Shown: positions 16,701-25,026, counted from the stretch's first letter. The stretch is 32,648 nucleotides of DNA from Elusimicrobiota bacterium (GCA_027858455.1 JAQICQ010000101.1:1-32648); one strand, 5' to 3'. Program-made: numbers and translations. The notes: generated by a model from the letters alone, not told the origin.

Positions 16701-17569
16701 TTAAAACCGGCAGGGCGCCCTTTTTTATCCAAAAATTCATAGGGCGGGAAATCGCTGTCTCCTCCGACAAGCAACTTCGTTTCCCCTCTTTTTTCAACCG
16801 GCCTTATCCACTTAAGATAAAGGCGGCGGTATATATCTTTTGCTATGACCCTTGAGAGCCCTTCGTTTAACACACTTAAAAGTTCTGCATCGCCTTCTTT
16901 TACAGCAAAACAAAAATGCTGGGGAAACTCTTCTAGCGGCTCGCCGGCAATCTTTAAATTATCAAGCCCGAGGTCATCTGTCAGCTGCAGGGCAAGAAGC
17001 TTCTGGATTATAACGGCGTCAACTTTGCCCGCCGATAATTTCTTAACTGCTTCCTCATAAGTCGCCTCAGCTATTATGTCGGCATCAAGGTTAATGCGAC
17101 TTACAAACTCTTCGGCATTGTCCCCTTTCATAACCGCTACTTTTTTGCCTTTAAGGTCATTTAAAGAAAATATGCCGGTCGTCTCCCCGCGGACTAAAAT
17201 CACTCCGCGCATCGTAAGGTAGGGAACCGTAAAATCAAAATTCTCTTCCCTTTCCCGGGTTCGCCCCACAAGGGGAAGAAAATCAACCTCTCCCTTTTCA
17301 AGAGATTCTTTAACATCTTTCCAGTACCCGATTTTAAATTCAACTCCCAATCCCATCTCTTTAAGCGTTGCCCTTAAAAGCTCGACGGCAAAGCCGTCAG
17401 CTTCTCCCGAATCATCTACAACAGAGTAAGGAGGATAACCTATTTCACTGGCTGATTTTAAAACAGTTCCTTCAGGAAACCGGCGCTCTTGCGCTTCAAC
17501 CGGTAAGCCGGAAAACAGCAGCAACCCTGCCGGGATAATTATCTTTAAAATCTTAAATTTTAGTTTCAT
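13793..17569 (-). CDS. Hybrid sensor histidine kinase: two periplasmic solute-binding (SBP_bac_3) domains, TM, PAS, unassigned region, HisKA, HATPase, receiver
   Basis: The track ORF starts at TTG 17644. I prefer ATG 17569 (MKLKFKILKIIIPAGLLLFSGLPVEAQ, a signal peptide), and ATG 17599 is also possible. The two SBP-like domains contain EIGYPPYSVVDDSGEADGFAVELL and GGDSDFPPYEFLDKKGRPAGFNVDII. The TM segment is YVIIPLLLVMLFSFIWSVVL and the PAS domain contains DGTITYWNKGAQNIFGYSAKEMIGK. Kinase motifs are the H-box GGIAHDFNNILTSI and the G-boxes DSGRGMD and GTGLGLS. The receiver contains ILIVEDE...LVFSDMILPDGTG. Confidence 0.85.
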   Translation of the reverse strand: MKLKFKILKIIIPAGLLLFSGLPVEAQERRFPEGTVLKSASEIGYPPYSVVDDSGEADGFAVELLRATLKEMGLGVEFKIGYWKDVKESLEKGEVDFLPLVGRTREREENFDFTVPYLTMRGVILVRGETTGIFSLNDLKGKKVAVMKGDNAEEFVSRINLDADIIAEATYEEAVKKLSAGKVDAVIIQKLLALQLTDDLGLDNLKIAGEPLEEFPQHFCFAVKEGDAELLSVLNEGLSRVIAKDIYRRLYLKWIRPVEKRGETKLLVGGDSDFPPYEFLDKKGRPAGFNVDIIRAVAEQAGLDIRIILAPWAETKERLAEGKIDIIQGMLYSAEREKIYDFSQSHTVISQGIAYRKGGEKLKSLKKLEGKSILVQKGDIMHEQALKYGYGKNITVVANQEEALKMIDGGRYDCALGSYLTAVYLKKENNLQNIELAKIPISSEEYCFAVKEGDIRLAGLLSAALAEINETGRYREIYDKWFGVYEKNNLASFLRYGLYVIIPLLLVMLFSFIWSVVLKKKVRKKTSQLNHQNIKLSEAELNLAESVREKESLNIFLNNILESSLAVSIIVSDIDGTITYWNKGAQNIFGYSAKEMIGKKQIRLMYHAERDREIIEKAKDRVIKEKKPQTLRIAEKTKSGEKIYIELTISPIFDKDGHLTGFSGMGKDITKSIKYQHIRKKQRKFNKIKTEIWKLAALKSSDEKFFSDEKALIERVLNKIGPVLDVSRVSYIYTAEQDKKVVSVEWVADGVKSTRGEAVPRKLLDYALKTGKHLINEDILKDKIPAFLKPLFNSVVKKFKEEWDIDYLWLYPVYREKKLAAALSFDICFSNKVKPELDKSTELFINDVVHIISHDLEKRKMAKNSESLMNQLQHSQKMESIGTLAGGIAHDFNNILTSIIGDAELLLEEERIKGQDRKDIENIKKSSLRAADLVGQLLVFSRTTPAEKNNINIDAVVKDMLKMLGRLLGEDITIDARLAAEGVSVKADRTNIEQVITNLTVNSLYAMPDGGEIIIETKVENIKETEHTIYGDIFPGKYICLTVEDSGRGMDKKTVENIFEPFFTTKKTEGTGLGLSVVFGIIKDHDAVIKVWTEPGEGTRFSMYFPALEEEINKKPVKEKDHKADTGRGQKILIVEDEQQILKLAARILGKNNYKPVSASDKGKAVNIYKEQKGDFDLVFSDMILPDGTGLELIEELKKIKPPKNMLLTSGYLDKKGQTEEIVKNNIPFINKPYNVKDLLRKIAEIFNKKKDLRDRSR

Positions 17570-17671
17570 TAATATATTTTCCAAATTCTTTTCCATCATC
17601 TTATTTACAAGTTCCGGTAAACAAACCCCTTCCTGCATAACCAACCCACTGCTATTTACAAGTAATAACGG

Positions 17672-19177
17672 CTATACTGTCTGCTTTTCAAATGTTTTTC
17701 TGAAATGAAAACCGTATATTGAAAGCGTTACAGCAAGAGGGAAGGTTTTAGGGCGCCATATAATAGACCAGGCTAACAATCTCCAGTAATAATTTCTTTC
17801 TTTTCCAAATACACCCAGTTTAAAGATTGATTTTATGAAAGCCGTTATATAACAGAGTTTTAACTTCTTTTTTGCTTTTGATTTTGGCCTGTAAACTTTG
17901 AGAAAATTCTTTATTCTGCGGTAATAAACTTTCGGCGAGTAGATTGTGCTGACAATCTTTTCATACCCTTCCATTAGTTTATCGGTATCCATGCTGGGTA
18001 TAAAATTCATTGAAAAATCAGTATTATTGCCCTGTTCCTCGCCTTCTAAAAGTCGGTCTTCCTTTTTAAGCCGCCTGTAAAGCTGAGTTCCCCGCAGAGC
18101 ATTTAAGAGTCCTACCATGGCAGTTACTATACCGGTTTTTTGTATAAATTTAATCTGAGCATCAAATATGGAAAGAGGGTCGTTGTCAAACCCTACGATA
18201 AATCCCCCCTGCACCTCTAACCCATATCTCTGAATAGTTTTTACCGCCGCCACCATGTCCCGTCCGCGATTCTGAGATTTTGTGCATTCGGCAAGACTTG
18301 CGTCGTTAGGGGATTCAATCCCGATAAATACTCTGTCAAAACCCGCTTCGGTAAGAAGAGTCATTAACTCTTTATCTTCAACTATATCAATCGAGGTCTG
18401 GGTGCTGAAAGAAAAAGGATATTTTCTTTCTTTTGACCATTTTATAATAGCCGGTAAAACCTTTTCCTTTAATGCCCGCCGATGAGCAATAAAATTATCA
18501 TCAACAAAAAAAACATTTCCTTTCCAGCCCTTTTTATATATAAGTTCAAGTTCGGCTATAATCTGCCCTGTGGTCTTTCTTCTCATCTTATGTCCGAAAA
18601 GATGAGTAATATCGCAGAATTCGCAGTTATAGGGACAGCCCCGCGAAAATTGTATACTCATAGAAGCATAATCAGACATATCACCTAAATCCCAGTCGGG
18701 GACCGGGCTTTTACTCATATCGCACCACTGCTGCGTAGAATAATATTTACGGGCTTTACCGGCCTTAAAATCTTTCAAAAACATAGGCAGTGTAATCTCT
18801 CCCTCGTTTAAAATAAAATGATCCACACCGGAAAAATCTTCATGTCCGGTAGTAAACATAGGACCTCCGGCGACGACGCGTATATCCTTCTCCCGGCACC
18901 GGCTTATTACTTCTTTTGCGGACTCTTTCTGAACGGACATACCGCTTATGAATACCATATCCGCCCAGTCCAGCCGGCTGTCTGAAAGTTTATTTATATT
19001 TAAATCAACAAGTTTTTTCTCCCAGTTTTCAGGAAGCAGCGATGATACAGTCAGCAGTCCCAAAGGAGGATTGGCGGCTTTTTTGCGAATAAATTTTAGC
19101 GCGTGCTTAAAGCTCCAGAATGTGTCGGGATTTCGCGGATATACCAAAAGTATTTTTTTGTTATTTTTTTGTTTCAT
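17672..19177 (-). CDS. B12-binding domain radical SAM protein (with a DUF4070-like C-terminus)
   Basis: 501 aa. The N-terminal region is cobalamin-binding-like (ILLVYPRNPDTFWSF...PPLGLLTVSSLLP). The radical SAM cluster motif is RGCPYNCEFCD (CxxxCxxC). The stop codon is TAG. Confidence 0.8.
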   Translation of the reverse strand: MKQKNNKKILLVYPRNPDTFWSFKHALKFIRKKAANPPLGLLTVSSLLPENWEKKLVDLNINKLSDSRLDWADMVFISGMSVQKESAKEVISRCREKDIRVVAGGPMFTTGHEDFSGVDHFILNEGEITLPMFLKDFKAGKARKYYSTQQWCDMSKSPVPDWDLGDMSDYASMSIQFSRGCPYNCEFCDITHLFGHKMRRKTTGQIIAELELIYKKGWKGNVFFVDDNFIAHRRALKEKVLPAIIKWSKERKYPFSFSTQTSIDIVEDKELMTLLTEAGFDRVFIGIESPNDASLAECTKSQNRGRDMVAAVKTIQRYGLEVQGGFIVGFDNDPLSIFDAQIKFIQKTGIVTAMVGLLNALRGTQLYRRLKKEDRLLEGEEQGNNTDFSMNFIPSMDTDKLMEGYEKIVSTIYSPKVYYRRIKNFLKVYRPKSKAKKKLKLCYITAFIKSIFKLGVFGKERNYYWRLLAWSIIWRPKTFPLAVTLSIYGFHFRKTFEKQTV

Positions 19178-19418
19178 TTTAATATTATATCACTTATACG
19201 TTTAACAATCAATTTGAATTTATCATATTTATTATCTTGTTTAGAATACCGCCCGGCGAGGATATTTTTAAATATACCGGCCATTTTAAGAGTAATCTTA
19301 CGTTGGAAATTAGCTTCTTGAAAATTCCAGTCTGCCTGTATTTATTTAAAAGAGGGGGCTTATCTGTCAGGTTTTTTTACAATGTCAGTTTTTTTAAACG
19401 TTTTTTTACAGACCTTTT

Positions 19419-20750
19419 TTAATCTTTGCTTTTAAACATTGAATACGGCTGGCCGGTCGCTTCCATGACGGTACGCCATAATCTGCCGTCGGAATTAACT
19501 TTTTTTCTGCCTTTGGTAACCATTTCTATGGGCAGATGTATATAATGAGCGTTCCACTTACTTATAAGCATATCTGTCCTTCCCGAGAGGGCGGCATGCA
19601 CAGCATTCTGGGCTAGCTGCACACAATAAAGCGAATCCATGGCGTTGGCGGGGATACTTCTAATAATATAACTTGGGTCAAAATATTTTATATTTATTTC
19701 AATCTCTTCTTTTTTAAAAAAATCTTCTAATTCATCCTTAAGATATATCCCTATATCTTTGAGTTTTTCATTTCCGGATTTATCTTTTTGTCCCTTTTTA
19801 GATTTCTTTCTCATATTTTTTCTCATAAGGTCCTGTCCCGCGCCTTCTGCCGCGACTATAACCGCATGCTGTTTTCTCTTTATTCTTTCTTTTAAAATTT
19901 GAAGAAAACCGTCTTTGCCTTTCATCTTAAAAGGAACCTCCGGAAGAAGGCAGTAATTAACATTTCTGTTTGCCAGGGCGGTATGCGACGCGATAAACCC
20001 CGATGTTCTTCCCATTAATTTTACCAGGCCTATACAGTTCGGAGCTCCTTTAGCTTCGGTATGAGCGCTGTCAATTATATCGGCCGCGGCCTGCACGGAT
20101 GTCTCAAATCCAAAAGAGTTCTTAACAAAACTTATATCGTTGTCAATAGTTTTAGGTATCCCCACGACCGAAATGGCTAAACCTCTCTCTTTAATCTTAC
20201 CGGCTATTGAATGAGCGCCTTTCATTGTCCCGTCGCCGCCTACGATAAAAAGAACACCTATACCCCGGTTGACTAAAGTATCTATCATTTTGTCTTCATC
20301 CTGAGGCCCGCGGGACGAAGAAAGCATTGTGCCGCCGTCACGGTGTATGGAATCCACTAATTCCGGATTTATTTTTATGGGTTTAATCTCGTCTGCTTTC
20401 GCCAGTCCCCTGTATCCGTATCTGAACCCTTCTATTTGTTTTACTCCGTAACCCTGCCAAAGTTCAATAACCAGTTCGCGTATAACATCGTTAATCCCCG
20501 GGCACAGGCCGCCGCAGGTAACGATACCGCATTTTAATTCTTCGGGATTAAAATATATTTTTTCTCTCGGACCGGCAAGTTCAAAAAACTCCGGTCTCCC
20601 CTTCTCAATTTCAGAAAGAAGATTTTTCTTATGAAGCTGCGCCACAACATCATTTTCGGAAGAAATAAAATGCACCCATTCTTTATTTTTAAGCGACGAG
20701 GGTATTTGGGGAGTTCCGACTTTACTTATTTTTATTTTTTTTGGTTTCAT
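19419..20750 (-). CDS. pfk: 6-phosphofructokinase, PfkA family (ATP versus PPi specificity not resolved)
   Basis: 443 aa. Motifs are GGLCPGINDVIR, VGGDGTMKGA, PKTIDNDI and LMGRTSGFIA. There is a Lys-rich insertion (RKNMRKKSKKGQKDKSGNEK). Confidence 0.85.
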   Translation of the reverse strand: MKPKKIKISKVGTPQIPSSLKNKEWVHFISSENDVVAQLHKKNLLSEIEKGRPEFFELAGPREKIYFNPEELKCGIVTCGGLCPGINDVIRELVIELWQGYGVKQIEGFRYGYRGLAKADEIKPIKINPELVDSIHRDGGTMLSSSRGPQDEDKMIDTLVNRGIGVLFIVGGDGTMKGAHSIAGKIKERGLAISVVGIPKTIDNDISFVKNSFGFETSVQAAADIIDSAHTEAKGAPNCIGLVKLMGRTSGFIASHTALANRNVNYCLLPEVPFKMKGKDGFLQILKERIKRKQHAVIVAAEGAGQDLMRKNMRKKSKKGQKDKSGNEKLKDIGIYLKDELEDFFKKEEIEINIKYFDPSYIIRSIPANAMDSLYCVQLAQNAVHAALSGRTDMLISKWNAHYIHLPIEMVTKGRKKVNSDGRLWRTVMEATGQPYSMFKSKD

Positions 20751-20885
20751 GGTTTTTATATATTATTATTTATTTAGAAAATATGTCAAAATTTTTAAAC
20801 TTAATTTCACAGCGTTAACTGATCTTATCTTTTACACTATTTCTGTAATTTTTTATCTTTTTAAAATGACGCTTGAAAAATTCTT

Positions 20886-21908
20886 TCACCGCGGCGTCTC
20901 TTTTATCCGGTTTATCATAAATTTTACATCCGGATCGGCATTTTTTACTTTTATATTTTTACCGGGGTGCGCCTTTTTCCAGACTCTGAAAACCTCATCG
21001 GTAAATGCCTGCCCCACAGTTTCCACACCTTTAAAATCTAAAGTTATTTCCTTGAAATTTTCCAGACCTGTAAGTATTCTTTTAGCGTGAGTACGGGATA
21101 TATATCTTTTTTTAGATTCAAATAATGGCACATATATCCGGGTTTTGCTAAAATCAAATTTACCTTTTTCGGTATATTTATTAAATATTGTTTCTAATTT
21201 TTTTGCGCTTTCTCTCTCTATTTCAAATTTTATTCTTGTCCCTTTTCTTTTTTTTACGCTTTTTTTAAATATGTCGTTTATTTTATTGTCAAATATAAGT
21301 TTTATATCTGAACTTTTAATTATAAAAAAATCCGCAGCCCGGGACACGAAAAAAATACCCTCGCCGGAATGCCCGTCCGGGGCTGTTGTCTGCTTCCCTT
21401 TTAAAAGGTGCGCCGCGGCGGTGTCGGTGTCTTTGAGATTAAATTTATTTTTAATCCTGTTAAATATGCCTATTCCGCGGTCATTTATTTCAAATACCAT
21501 TCTTTCTCTGTCAGAATAAGCCAATATATCAATTTTTTGTGATTCTGAATGTTCTATGGCATTATTGAGAATCTCGGTAAACGCATACTCATATATTTCT
21601 TCAGCCTGCATAGACGCATTTTCTAAAACAGCGGACTCCCGCTTGATTCGGTCATAAATTATATCTTCATCAAGCTCTTGATTTTTAATAAACCGGTGTG
21701 TTTTCAGCGGTTTTTTAATTTTCATATCCGCAGGGACATAACGGGCGCTGTTTGCCTTTCCGATTAATTTTATTTTCCCCTCCCTGCGCAACTCTTTAAA
21801 TATCCTGTAAATATAGACCCGCGAAAAGCCTGTAATATCCACTATATCGGCAACTTTCAATTTCCCGTCTTTTTTTATTCTCTTTAATATTATTTCTTTG
21901 ATATCCAT
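20886..21908 (-). CDS. Fusion protein: N-terminal winged HTH, a GHKL (anti-sigma-kinase-like) ATPase, and a C-terminal STAS-like DUF4325 domain
   Basis: 340 aa. The HTH is KVADIVDITGFSRVYIYRIFKELRREGKI. The GHKL N-box is FTEILNNAIEHS and the G1-box is FEINDRGIGIF. The C-terminal ITLDFKGVETVGQAFTDEVFRVW is characteristic of DUF4325 (from memory). Confidence 0.65.
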   Translation of the reverse strand: MDIKEIILKRIKKDGKLKVADIVDITGFSRVYIYRIFKELRREGKIKLIGKANSARYVPADMKIKKPLKTHRFIKNQELDEDIIYDRIKRESAVLENASMQAEEIYEYAFTEILNNAIEHSESQKIDILAYSDRERMVFEINDRGIGIFNRIKNKFNLKDTDTAAAHLLKGKQTTAPDGHSGEGIFFVSRAADFFIIKSSDIKLIFDNKINDIFKKSVKKRKGTRIKFEIERESAKKLETIFNKYTEKGKFDFSKTRIYVPLFESKKRYISRTHAKRILTGLENFKEITLDFKGVETVGQAFTDEVFRVWKKAHPGKNIKVKNADPDVKFMINRIKETPR

Positions 21909-21915
21909 ATTGTTT

Positions 21916-22061
21916 TAGTTAACTACTTTTAAATATTTGTATTTATATAGTTGTTACTTAGTTGCTGCTTAACATTAACATATCTCACCAATAAATTCAA
22001 TAATTTAGTTAACAACTTTTCTATATATAACTATTTTAAGTTGATAACAAGTTGTTAACTA
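21916..22061. repeat. Cluster of GTTAAC-core repeats in the promoter region of the wHTH-GHKL-STAS gene
   Basis: TAGTTAACAACTT (22006..22018) and AAGTTGTTAACTA (22049..22061) are a perfect 13-bp inverted repeat. AAGTTGATAAC (22038..22048) and AAGTTGTTAAC (22049..22059) are tandem direct copies with one mismatch. Related copies are TAGTTAACTA (21916..21925) and TAGTTGTTAC (21948..21957). Confidence 0.75.
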
Positions 22062-22267
22062 TATCGAAGAGATTATTTATTAGCCGTCAAAAAACGCTCA
22101 TAACCGGTTACCCGCAGCGGTTCTTTATATTACCCCATAAACACCGGCACTCTAAGATACCTCATGTCGAGAAAAAATTTAAATCCCGCTGAATAAAAAA
22201 AACCCTTAGTTACAAAAAGGTAATTTAAAATAAGACCGGTTAACTTTTTTAAGACTGATATAATCAG

Positions 22268-23518
22268 TTAAGGCCCCAGAGCCCCAATAGGTATAACTTC
22301 TACCCCATCCTTCCTGGAATAACCGTACCCCTTTCCCACTATCACACCTAATATTTCAGGTTCCCCGCACTTTTTAGTATCTACTTTATCTACAAATTTA
22401 AGAAGGCTCTCGGCTCCGTCATTTATCCGCTCTTTTCCCAGTTTGATTTCAAAAGCACCCCAACGCCCTTCCGGAGTTTCAACAATTGCGTCAACCTCAA
22501 GACCGGTGTTATCTCTATAATGAAAAACCCGCCCACCAAAAGCTTGAGAATATACACGCAAGTCCCGGATTACCATAGATTCAAATAAAAATCCGAAAAA
22601 TCTTATATCCTTTAAAAGTTTCTCTGGAGTCCCTCGTAAAGCAGCTACAGCCAAAGACGGGTCAACAAAATGAATTTTCGGAGATTTCCGTAACCTTGAT
22701 TTAGAACGCAAATGGGGAGCCCATGCGGGCTGCTCCTCATAAATTTTAATTCGGGTAAGTGCGTCTAAATATTCCCTCACAGTATCATCATGCAGGGCTC
22801 CGTTAGTGCCGCCTGTATCAGCAGCTATAGTAGAAACAGTGGCCGTTGTAGCTATATTTCGAGCCAAAGACTTCAACATCCTACCAACTTTTTCAGGCTC
22901 GCGTTTAACCCTGTCACTTTGCGAGATTTCTAATCTTCTTATTTCTTCAAGATAATCCCGTACGTTCTGAATTGAATTTTCTACATTAAGTTCTATATTT
23001 ACAGGCCAACCACCTACTGAAATATATTCAGCGAGGTTTTGAACGGTTAAGCCGGGGTCTTTACATTTTTGAGCCTGACCGTTAAATATTTTTTTTAGAG
23101 AAATTTCACCGGTTGAATAACCTGACTCAAACAAAGTCATAGTCCTCATGTGCAGACGGGTAAGCCGGCCGGCGCCAGAGTGACGGGTAATATCATCAGC
23201 AGGAACGGCAGACCCTGTTAGTATATATTGACCGGGCTGGTTTCTCTCGTCAATGCTGCGACGTATATAATTCCAAATCTCCGTTTCCAACTGCCATTCA
23301 TCAATTAACCTGGGAACCTCTCCCGCTAAAACCAATTCGGGTTCTATTTTTACAGTTTCACGCGCATTTCTATCAACATCAAAAAGCACTTCACTTGCAG
23401 CTACCTGCCTTGCTGTGGTTGTTTTGCCACAGGCTTTTGGGCCTTCTATAACAACAGCACCTATAGCTGACAAACGACCGTCTAATTCAGAATCCACTAC
23501 GCGTTTAAGGTATTTCAT
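22268..23518 (-). CDS. AAA ATPase of the AAA_14/DUF4143 family, function unknown
   Basis: The track ORF starts at TTG 23629. I prefer ATG 23518 (MKYLKRVVDSELD...) because AGGAGGG lies 3 nt upstream of it. Walker A is EGPKACGKTTTA and Walker B is PRLIDEWQ. The C-terminal RDNTGLEVDAIVE...GAFEIK block is typical of DUF4143 proteins (from memory). The protein is Arg/Ala/Gly-rich and Lys-poor, unlike its neighbours. Confidence 0.7.
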   Translation of the reverse strand: MKYLKRVVDSELDGRLSAIGAVVIEGPKACGKTTTARQVAASEVLFDVDRNARETVKIEPELVLAGEVPRLIDEWQLETEIWNYIRRSIDERNQPGQYILTGSAVPADDITRHSGAGRLTRLHMRTMTLFESGYSTGEISLKKIFNGQAQKCKDPGLTVQNLAEYISVGGWPVNIELNVENSIQNVRDYLEEIRRLEISQSDRVKREPEKVGRMLKSLARNIATTATVSTIAADTGGTNGALHDDTVREYLDALTRIKIYEEQPAWAPHLRSKSRLRKSPKIHFVDPSLAVAALRGTPEKLLKDIRFFGFLFESMVIRDLRVYSQAFGGRVFHYRDNTGLEVDAIVETPEGRWGAFEIKLGKERINDGAESLLKFVDKVDTKKCGEPEILGVIVGKGYGYSRKDGVEVIPIGALGP

Positions 23519-23549
23519 AAACCCTCCTGTTCTATCATATTCCCCTTCT

Positions 23550-23588
23550 AACCGGGAGATTGCAACGGTTTCAACCGGGAGATTGCAA
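23550..23588. repeat. Perfect 16-bp tandem direct repeat upstream of the AAA/DUF4143 gene
   Basis: AACCGGGAGATTGCAA occurs at 23550..23565 and again at 23573..23588, with a 7-bp spacer and a 23-bp period. It lies 32 to 70 nt upstream of ATG 23518. Each copy reads TTGCAA on the coding strand, which is -35-like. Confidence 0.8.
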
Positions 23589-23721
23589 TATCTATGAAAA
23601 ATAATAGCAAATATATGTCCTACCGTCAACCTATTGCTATTTTAATGCTACATCAATTCCTTTTTCTATAGTTTTGGATAGGCGCCTTCTAAATTAAATT
23701 ACCTTGGCGGTGATAAAAAAA

Positions 23722-23940
23722 TTATTCTTTAAGTTTTACGGGTGAGCAGAGACGGTCATTATCTCTTGCCGCCCTGCCGCAGCAACTGCAGATATATTTC
23801 GGATTTTTGGATAATTTCTTTACCTTTTCAATATCAAAATTGCCGGCAGGGCGCGAAAGCATGCACATCCGGTGTCCGGGGATGTTGTCACACTTACAAC
23901 TATCGGAAGAATAGACGCGCGAAACATTTTTTTTACTCAA
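23722..23940 (-). CDS. Small Cys-rich protein, third gene of the ars operon, function unknown
   Basis: 72 aa. TTG start 23940 is preceded by AAGGAGAAGG and lies 14 nt after the acr3 stop. It has 8 Cys (CKC, MCM, ICSCCG, LCSP) and 1 His. I recognise no known domain. Confidence 0.6.
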   Translation of the reverse strand: MSKKNVSRVYSSDSCKCDNIPGHRMCMLSRPAGNFDIEKVKKLSKNPKYICSCCGRAARDNDRLCSPVKLKE

Positions 23941-23954
23941 TTATCCTTCTCCTT

Positions 23955-25004
23955 TTAAATTTTCTTTTTAAACCGGTGTCTTGTCCGAAGCGAAATTTTT
24001 ACCAGCATAAGCATCACCGGGACTTCTATAAGAACCCCGACCACCGTGGCCAGGGCCGCTCCGGAACGGACTCCGAAGAGAGTCACCGCTGTGGCGATAG
24101 CTACCTCAAAATGATTTGACGCACCTATCATCGCCGCCGGGGCGGCGTCCTCATACCTGAGCCCTATAACCCGGGCAGTTTTATACCCAATAGCAAAGAT
24201 AAATACTGTCTGAATAAAGAGAGGCACGGCAATAAGGGCTACAACCAGCGGAGAGGACATCAAAACCCCTCCCTGGAGCATGAAAAGATATACCAGCGTA
24301 GCCAGAAGGCTTACCTTTGAAACGGTGCCCATATCTTTTAAAAATACAGATTCATACCACTTTATACCTTTCTTTTTTATCAGCGTCGTCCGGGAAATGT
24401 AGCCGGCCACAAGGGAAACACCTACATAAAGTATAATACTTAAAAATATGGTTATAAACGGAATAGGCATATCAGCTACTCCCAGCAGAAAGTTTCCAAG
24501 AGGCGCGTAAAGAACAAGCATAGTCAGTGAGTTTATTGCTACAAGAACAAGAGTAAGTCCCATAAATCCCCTGGCCAGATAGCTCCAGACCAGAACCATA
24601 GCCGTGCAGGGGGCAATCCCGAGAAGTATCATTCCGGCCATATACTCTCCGGCCATTTTGTCAGATAAAAATGGAGCAAAGATAACTCTCATAAAAAGCC
24701 AGGCAAAGAAAAACATAGTAAAAGGTTTTACCGCCCAGTTTATAATAAGGGTCAGCAGGACCGGCCGGGGGGCCTTTACGGCATTTTTTACCTCGGAAAA
24801 ATCAATCTGTACCATAATCGGATACATCATCCCGAATAAAAGCACCGCAATCGGAAGATTGACACCTTTCACGGAAAGAGATTCCAGAAAACCCGCAGAG
24901 GAGGGCAAAAGAGCCCCCAGACCTATACCGGTAATTATTCCCAGAAAGACCCAAAGGGTGAGATATCTTTCAAAAAAACTTATGTCGTATTTTTCTTTAC
25001 CCAT
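23955..25004 (-). CDS. acr3: Arsenite efflux transporter, ACR3 family
   Basis: 349 aa and polytopic. The N-terminus ISFFERYLTLWVFLGIITGIGLG and the GIAPCTAMVLVW segment with its conserved Cys are typical of ACR3. It lies 22 nt downstream of arsR. Confidence 0.85.
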   Translation of the reverse strand: MGKEKYDISFFERYLTLWVFLGIITGIGLGALLPSSAGFLESLSVKGVNLPIAVLLFGMMYPIMVQIDFSEVKNAVKAPRPVLLTLIINWAVKPFTMFFFAWLFMRVIFAPFLSDKMAGEYMAGMILLGIAPCTAMVLVWSYLARGFMGLTLVLVAINSLTMLVLYAPLGNFLLGVADMPIPFITIFLSIILYVGVSLVAGYISRTTLIKKKGIKWYESVFLKDMGTVSKVSLLATLVYLFMLQGGVLMSSPLVVALIAVPLFIQTVFIFAIGYKTARVIGLRYEDAAPAAMIGASNHFEVAIATAVTLFGVRSGAALATVVGVLIEVPVMLMLVKISLRTRHRFKKKI

Positions 25005-25026
25005 TATTATAATACCTTTATTAATT

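Noticed and set aside
20886-23518. GC-content shift as proof of horizontal transfer of the wHTH-GHKL-STAS and AAA genes
   Set aside because: My spot counts of 60-nt samples range from about 23 to 55 percent GC across clearly native genes too. Nucleotide composition judged by eye is therefore not decisive. Only the amino-acid composition contrast of the AAA protein is reported, and it needs a proper k-mer test.
22268-23629. 37-codon N-terminal extension of the AAA/DUF4143 ATPase (TTG 23629) as given in the ORF track
   Set aside because: The extension runs through the 16-bp iterons and has no SD. ATG 23518 has AGGAGGG upstream and gives the usual family N-terminus, with Walker A about 25 residues in.
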